Shown here one piece after another: positions 59,615 through 64,000 of a DNA stretch of 64,000 nucleotides; position 1 is the stretch's first letter, and every line of letters begins with the position of its first letter. This stretch comes from an uncultured Fidelibacterota bacterium. GTDB lineage: Bacteria > Fidelibacterota > Marinisomatia > Marinisomatales > Marinisomataceae. Made by a program: the position numbers and the translations under genes. The notes below the pieces were generated by a model. The model was not told where the DNA came from. It saw only the letters and a list, made by a program, of their open reading frames with translations, and did not search any database. The DNA lies in contig CACBFQ010000002.1 in the NCBI GenBank assembly GCA_902538565.1, positions 157,908 to 221,907 of the forward strand, given 5' to 3'.

Positions 59615-59988
59615 CCAATCATTTCAATATAGGATTTGGAATTAAGTAACGAGTCTGTACCGCTGTCAGATGATAATTCAATTTTAACCATCCATCCGCT
59701 ATCATATGGACTAGAGTTAACATTTTCAGGATCATCATTCAATTCCTCATTGACTTCAACTATTTTTCCGGATACTGGCATAAATAAGTCTGATACTGTT
59801 TTAACCGCTTCAATTGTTCCAAATACATCTCCTTCATTGAATGATTCATCAACATCTGGAAATTCTAAAAATATTATGTCTCCAAGCTCACCTTGTGCAA
59901 AATCAGTAATACCAACTGTAGCTATATTATTTTCAATTTTAACCCATTCATGTTCTGAAGTGTACATTAAGTTATCAGGATGATTCAT
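59611..59988 (-). CDS. gcvH: Glycine cleavage system H protein
   Basis: YTSEHEWV...GITDFAQGELGDI...TIEAVKTVSDLFMPVSG, including the lipoyl-lysine. Confidence 0.92.
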   Translation of the reverse strand: MNHPDNLMYTSEHEWVKIENNIATVGITDFAQGELGDIIFLEFPDVDESFNEGDVFGTIEAVKTVSDLFMPVSGKIVEVNEELNDDPENVNSSPYDSGWMVKIELSSDSGTDSLLNSKSYIEMIG

Positions 59989-61342
59989 TATTTTTTTCCT
60001 TTATATTTTTTAAAAATTTACCTAAAAAATTTATATCAAAATTTCCATTATTAAAGTCTTTATTTTCAAAAATCATTTCTAAAAGTGGTAAAGTTGTTTT
60101 AGGGCCTTCAATAAAAGTTTCCTGGAGTGACCTCTTCATTCTAATTAATGCTTTTTTCCTCGACGATGAATGAACAATCAACTTTCCTAACATTGAATCA
60201 TAATTTGTTGGAATTTGATAACCAGCATAAATAAATGAATCAATTCTTACTCCAATTCCTCCAGCAAAGTTAAGTGAGTCAATCTTCTTTGGTGAAGGTA
60301 TAAAATCATTAAATGGATCTTCAGCATTAATTCTACATTCTATAGCATGACCACTCATTGTTATATCTTCCTGCTTCATTGATAGTTCAATACCTGCATA
60401 AGTTCTTATCTGTTCTTTAACAAGATCAATCATACATACCATTTCTGTCAGGGTATGCTCTACCTGAATTCTTGTATTCATTTCAATAAAATAAAAATTT
60501 TTATCATCATCAACCAAATACTCAATTGTACCAGCTCCTACATAGTTAACTTTTTTTGCAAGCTGTAGAGATTTTGATGTTAGCTCATCTCTTAAATTAT
60601 GATCTACAAATAGAGAGGGTGATTCTTCAATCAATTTTTGATTACTTCGTTGAATAGAACATTCTCTTTCTCCTAAATGAAGATGATTTCCGAATTTATC
60701 TGACAAAATTTGGACCTCAATATGACGGCCATTTTCAACAAATTTTTCAACATAGATTTCTGAATTATTAAATGCCATCCCTGCTTCATTTTGAATGATA
60801 TTAAAACCTTTTTCAGCTTCATTTGCATTCTTAATAACGCGCATTCCTTTACCTCCGCCTCCTGCTACAGCTTTCAGCATTACAGGATATCCAATTTGTT
60901 CAGCAATTTCTAAAAATTCTTCAACTGAAGATAAAGTATTACTTCCAGGAATGATGGGAACGCCAGCATCTTTGGCAGCATTTCTTGCATTCACTTTGTC
61001 ACCCATTAAGTCAATGATTTCTGCATCTGGACCAATGAATGTAAATCCATTTTCTTTACAAATTTTACTAAACTTTGCATTCTCAGCCAGGAAGCCATAG
61101 CCTGGATGAATGGCATCGGCATTTGTAATTTCTCCTGCAGCAATAATCCTAGGGATATTAAGATAACTTTCTACCGCAGGACCTTCTCCAATACAAATAG
61201 CTTCGTCTGCAAATTTAACATGTAATGAATTTTTATCTGCTTTTGAATACACTGCAACAGTTTTGATGCCCATTTCATTACATGCTCGAATGATTCTTAT
61301 AGCAATTTCACCCCTATTAGCAATAAGAATTTTTTTGAACAT
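59975..61342 (-). CDS. accC: Acetyl-CoA carboxylase biotin carboxylase subunit
   Basis: KILIANRGEIAIRIIRAC, GGGGKGMR and EMNTRIQVEH. Confidence 0.95.
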   Translation of the reverse strand: MFKKILIANRGEIAIRIIRACNEMGIKTVAVYSKADKNSLHVKFADEAICIGEGPAVESYLNIPRIIAAGEITNADAIHPGYGFLAENAKFSKICKENGFTFIGPDAEIIDLMGDKVNARNAAKDAGVPIIPGSNTLSSVEEFLEIAEQIGYPVMLKAVAGGGGKGMRVIKNANEAEKGFNIIQNEAGMAFNNSEIYVEKFVENGRHIEVQILSDKFGNHLHLGERECSIQRSNQKLIEESPSLFVDHNLRDELTSKSLQLAKKVNYVGAGTIEYLVDDDKNFYFIEMNTRIQVEHTLTEMVCMIDLVKEQIRTYAGIELSMKQEDITMSGHAIECRINAEDPFNDFIPSPKKIDSLNFAGGIGVRIDSFIYAGYQIPTNYDSMLGKLIVHSSSRKKALIRMKRSLQETFIEGPKTTLPLLEMIFENKDFNNGNFDINFLGKFLKNIKEKNNESS

Positions 61343-61344
61343 GG

Positions 61345-61815
61345 TTACTTAGATTGTTTTAGTTTAAATAATACCTGATCAAATTCAACAGAACTTGAAT
61401 TATCAACTAAAATTTCTTCAATAACACCAGATTCTTCGGCCTGAATTTCATTCATAATCTTCATAGCCTCAACAATACAGATGGTATCTCCAGCATTGAC
61501 CTTATCACCAATATTAACAAATGATGCTGATTCAGGATCTGGTGCTGAATAAAATGTCCCTGGCATTGGAGATTTTACTTCGACTAGTTTTGTTTCAGGT
61601 ATGTCGTTAGAAGCCTCTGAGCTTTGATTGACAGGCTGTTCTTTAACTAAATTTGGAATATTTTGATTGTCGGATGATAATTGTGTTGAATCAACATTTA
61701 AAACAGGAGGCTTTTTGGTTACCTTAATTTTTTTGAACCAAAATCTTACTTCAATTTCATTTACATCGCTATTTTCTAGCATGTAAATAATTTCTTTTAT
61801 CTTATCTTTCCACAT
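61345..61815 (-). CDS. accB: Biotin carboxyl carrier protein
   Basis: C-terminal biotinyl domain with the EAMKIMNEI motif. Confidence 0.9.
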   Translation of the reverse strand: MWKDKIKEIIYMLENSDVNEIEVRFWFKKIKVTKKPPVLNVDSTQLSSDNQNIPNLVKEQPVNQSSEASNDIPETKLVEVKSPMPGTFYSAPDPESASFVNIGDKVNAGDTICIVEAMKIMNEIQAEESGVIEEILVDNSSSVEFDQVLFKLKQSK

Positions 61816-61819
61816 TTAA

Positions 61820-62383
61820 CTATTCTTTTACTCTTTCAGAATAAGAACCATCTTTAGTATCAATTTTTACTAAGTCACCTTCATTTATGAACAATGGAAC
61901 TTGAACCTCAAGACCAGTTTCTAATATAGCTGGCTTTAACGCATTAGTTGCAGTATTTCCTTTATGTCCTGGATCAGTTTGTGTTACTTTGAGAACTGTT
62001 TTTGCGGGTAAGAGTAAACTAATAATTTCATCACCATCAAAAGAAATTTCAATATTATCGCCTTCTTTAATATAGAAAGAACTATTGTCCATTAGCAGCT
62101 TATCAACTTGAACCTGATCATAAGTATTATTATCCATAAAGATGAAACTATCTCCATCCTTATACAAGTACTGAAATTTTCTAGATGTAACTCTAATAAA
62201 TTCGATTTTAGCTCCTGAATTAAAAGTGTGATCAATAATTTTTCCAGATTGAATATCTTTAAGCTTGGTTCTTACAAATGCTGGCCCTTTGCCAGGTTTT
62301 ACATGTTGGAATTCTACAATTTTCATTCGAGCATTTTTAAAATTGATTACTGCTCCATTTCTTATATCAGCTGTTGTACTCAT
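61820..62383 (-). CDS. efp: Elongation factor P
   Basis: FQHVKPGKGPAFVRTKLK motif. 187 aa. Confidence 0.95.
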   Translation of the reverse strand: MSTTADIRNGAVINFKNARMKIVEFQHVKPGKGPAFVRTKLKDIQSGKIIDHTFNSGAKIEFIRVTSRKFQYLYKDGDSFIFMDNNTYDQVQVDKLLMDNSSFYIKEGDNIEISFDGDEIISLLLPAKTVLKVTQTDPGHKGNTATNALKPAILETGLEVQVPLFINEGDLVKIDTKDGSYSERVKE

Positions 62384-62410
62384 GAGTGTAAATTAAATGA
62401 ATTAATTGCT

Positions 62411-63274
62411 TTATAGAAGTTTTCTTATAACTTTTTTTAATAATTGTAAAATATCTTCTTTTTCACTTTTATTTGGGTTTTTTTTAGCAAACTTTACTTG
62501 ATCAATTTCATCCAACAAATAGTTTAAATCTTTATCTTTAAAAAATTCTTTGAGTTCTGATGAAGTCATTTCAAATGATATGATATAAAAATTATTTTGA
62601 AAATATTTTCTCAAAACTTCAGAAATTTTAACAAAAAATTCATTAGCATCGGTATTCAAGTCAATTTTTTCAACATCATTTAATGCTTTTGATTTTGGAT
62701 TAAAATTAAAAAACTTTCTTTTAGAAATTTTTTCTTTATCTCTAGTTCTTATCAAACAAAAAGTATAAAAGATTAATAACGATAAAATCAAAAATACAAA
62801 AAGTCTCAACCTTTCAATTGGAAATTGAATCTCTTTCAAAGGCTTATCGGCCATAACTGTTGTCATTGTAGTATCTAAAACGGATGAAATGTAAACAAAC
62901 GATGAATCAGTCTTCAAGATAGAAGCTTCTGAAGAATCGGGAAAACTTACAAAAGCATATAATGGGGGTATAGCTACTGAACCGGTATCCCAGAACGTAA
63001 TTTGATAATTCAGTAAAATTGAATTTTTTAAAGTGTCAATATTTGATTCTTTAATAAATACTTTTGAAGAATCTGATAACCAAGCTGATGAATCTTCCCA
63101 CGCTACAGAGTCTAATGTAAATAATTCTCCTAAGTCGTTAATTACTACCTTGTGATTTATCGGAAAACCAATTTGTGCTTGTTCAGGAATTGTCTCAAAA
63201 GATATATTTGGATTTTTTAAATCAGTATTACAAGCAGATAAAAATATCAAAAAAATTAGGATATAAATCTTCAT
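62411..63274 (-). CDS. Hypothetical lipoprotein with mid-protein TM and DUF4381-like C-terminal half
   Basis: Lipobox (FLSAC), a TM segment (LFVFLILSLLIFYTFCLI), then a helical region (FFVKISEVLRKYF...MTSSELKEFF...DQVKFAK). It lies immediately downstream of a DUF58 gene, as in MoxR/Bat-type operons. Confidence 0.45.
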   Translation of the reverse strand: MKIYILIFLIFLSACNTDLKNPNISFETIPEQAQIGFPINHKVVINDLGELFTLDSVAWEDSSAWLSDSSKVFIKESNIDTLKNSILLNYQITFWDTGSVAIPPLYAFVSFPDSSEASILKTDSSFVYISSVLDTTMTTVMADKPLKEIQFPIERLRLFVFLILSLLIFYTFCLIRTRDKEKISKRKFFNFNPKSKALNDVEKIDLNTDANEFFVKISEVLRKYFQNNFYIISFEMTSSELKEFFKDKDLNYLLDEIDQVKFAKKNPNKSEKEDILQLLKKVIRKLL

Positions 63275-64000
63275 TAGCTTCTTTTTGCTCTTGATCTAAA
63301 AAATTGCATAAGAAATTTTATGTAATCATCATCAGTACTTATCTGAAGTAAATCAAAACCAATATTCTTACATTTCATAGAAAATTTATCAAGTTTCTCG
63401 TCTGAATTTTTTTGAAATTTTTCTCTATTTTTTTTACTGGTTGTATCAATCCATGTATTTTCACCAGTCTCAGAATCGTGAATATTTATTAAGCCAACGT
63501 TTGGGAAATTACGCTCATATGAATCATAAATCTGTAATCCAACAACATCATGCTTAAAGTTTAAAAATTTTAACTCATTCCAAAAATTATCATCAATAAA
63601 ATCTGAAATAAGAAAAATGACACTCTTTCTTTTAGATATTTTATTTGCAAAATCAATTGCGGTCTTTATCGATGTACGCTTGTTGCTATTTTCAAAATCA
63701 TGATTTACAATATCTGTTATAAGTCTGAGAACATGTTTCTTGCCTTTTTTTGGTGGAATATATTTTTCAATTTTATCGCTAAATAAGGCAAGTCCAACTT
63801 TGTCATTATTTTTTATTGCCGAAAAACTTAACATAGCTGCAATCTCTACACCTAAATCAATTTTTAAATTCTTTTTTGAACCAAAAACACCGGAACTGCT
63901 TACGTCTATAAGAATTAAAACGGACAACTCTCGTTCTTCTTCAAAAATTTTAATGTGAGGCTTTCCAGTTCTTGCAGTTACATTCCAATCAATTGATCTT
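63274..64000 (-). CDS. DUF58 (vWA-like) protein, partial; N-terminus lies beyond the window end
   Basis: My translation of 63999-63928 gives RSIDWNVTARTGKPHIKIFEEERE, in frame with LSVLILIDVSSSG. The IDW..TAR...EER...D.S.S pattern is the DUF58 hallmark. Confidence 0.8.
   Translation of the reverse strand, partial: RSIDWNVTARTGKPHIKIFEEERELSVLILIDVSSSGVFGSKKNLKIDLGVEIAAMLSFSAIKNNDKVGLALFSDKIEKYIPPKKGKKHVLRLITDIVNHDFENSNKRTSIKTAIDFANKISKRKSVIFLISDFIDDNFWNELKFLNFKHDVVGLQIYDSYERNFPNVGLINIHDSETGENTWIDTTSKKNREKFQKNSDEKLDKFSMKCKNIGFDLLQISTDDDYIKFLMQFFRSRAKRS

Noticed and set aside
1-64000. CRISPR arrays, tRNA/rRNA genes, IS elements and long tandem repeats.
   Set aside because: Every gap over about 80 bp was read on both strands. 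None shows a cloverleaf-compatible sequence, a repeat-spacer periodicity or a transposase ORF. The only repetitive-looking DNA (41100-41330) is Ala/Gly codon repetition inside the TonB-dependent receptor gene.

Overview
This is an AT-rich, densely packed chromosomal window with short or overlapping gene junctions and almost no non-coding DNA. It looks like a streamlined marine bacterium. A T9SS (Por) C-terminal sorting tail, a DUF5683-like protein, a short sigma-70 and a DUF58/Bat-like operon suggest the FCB superphylum, but that is inference only. Most genes are housekeeping: uvrB, LPS core genes, tatC, guaB, alaS, pntAA-AB-B, pepA, aceBA, der, rpoD, nrdJ, frr-tsf-rpsB-rpsI-rplM, pyrBC, miaA, gcvH, accBC and efp. 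I saw no rRNA, tRNA, CRISPR array or transposase. Eight things stand out. (1) A monocistronic blue-tuned DTE proteorhodopsin has no retinal-synthesis genes in the window. (2) A 2-kb islet between pntB and pepA carries two phage-hallmark genes (Siphovirus Gp157-like and a PD-(D/E)XK nuclease), a membrane methyltransferase and a small membrane protein. (3) An APH-kinase, ACAD10/11-type acyl-CoA dehydrogenase, histidine phosphatase and MaoC hydratase cluster resembles 4-hydroxyacyl-CoA catabolism. (4) Two genes (aceB and the histidine phosphatase) have conserved N-termini that can only be encoded from ATT/ATC starts placed behind strong Shine-Dalgarno sites. (5) A promoter-like motif, TTGAC(A/T)-N17/18-TAAGTT, recurs upstream of rpsT, rplM and nrdJ. 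(6) The nrdJ leader is structured. (7) A 35-codon membrane ORF is missing from the ORF track. (8) A TonB-dependent receptor and a T9SS metalloprotease carry unusual insert modules. I cannot show that any of these is a truly new system. The phage-like islet and the kinase/ACAD cluster are the best candidates.
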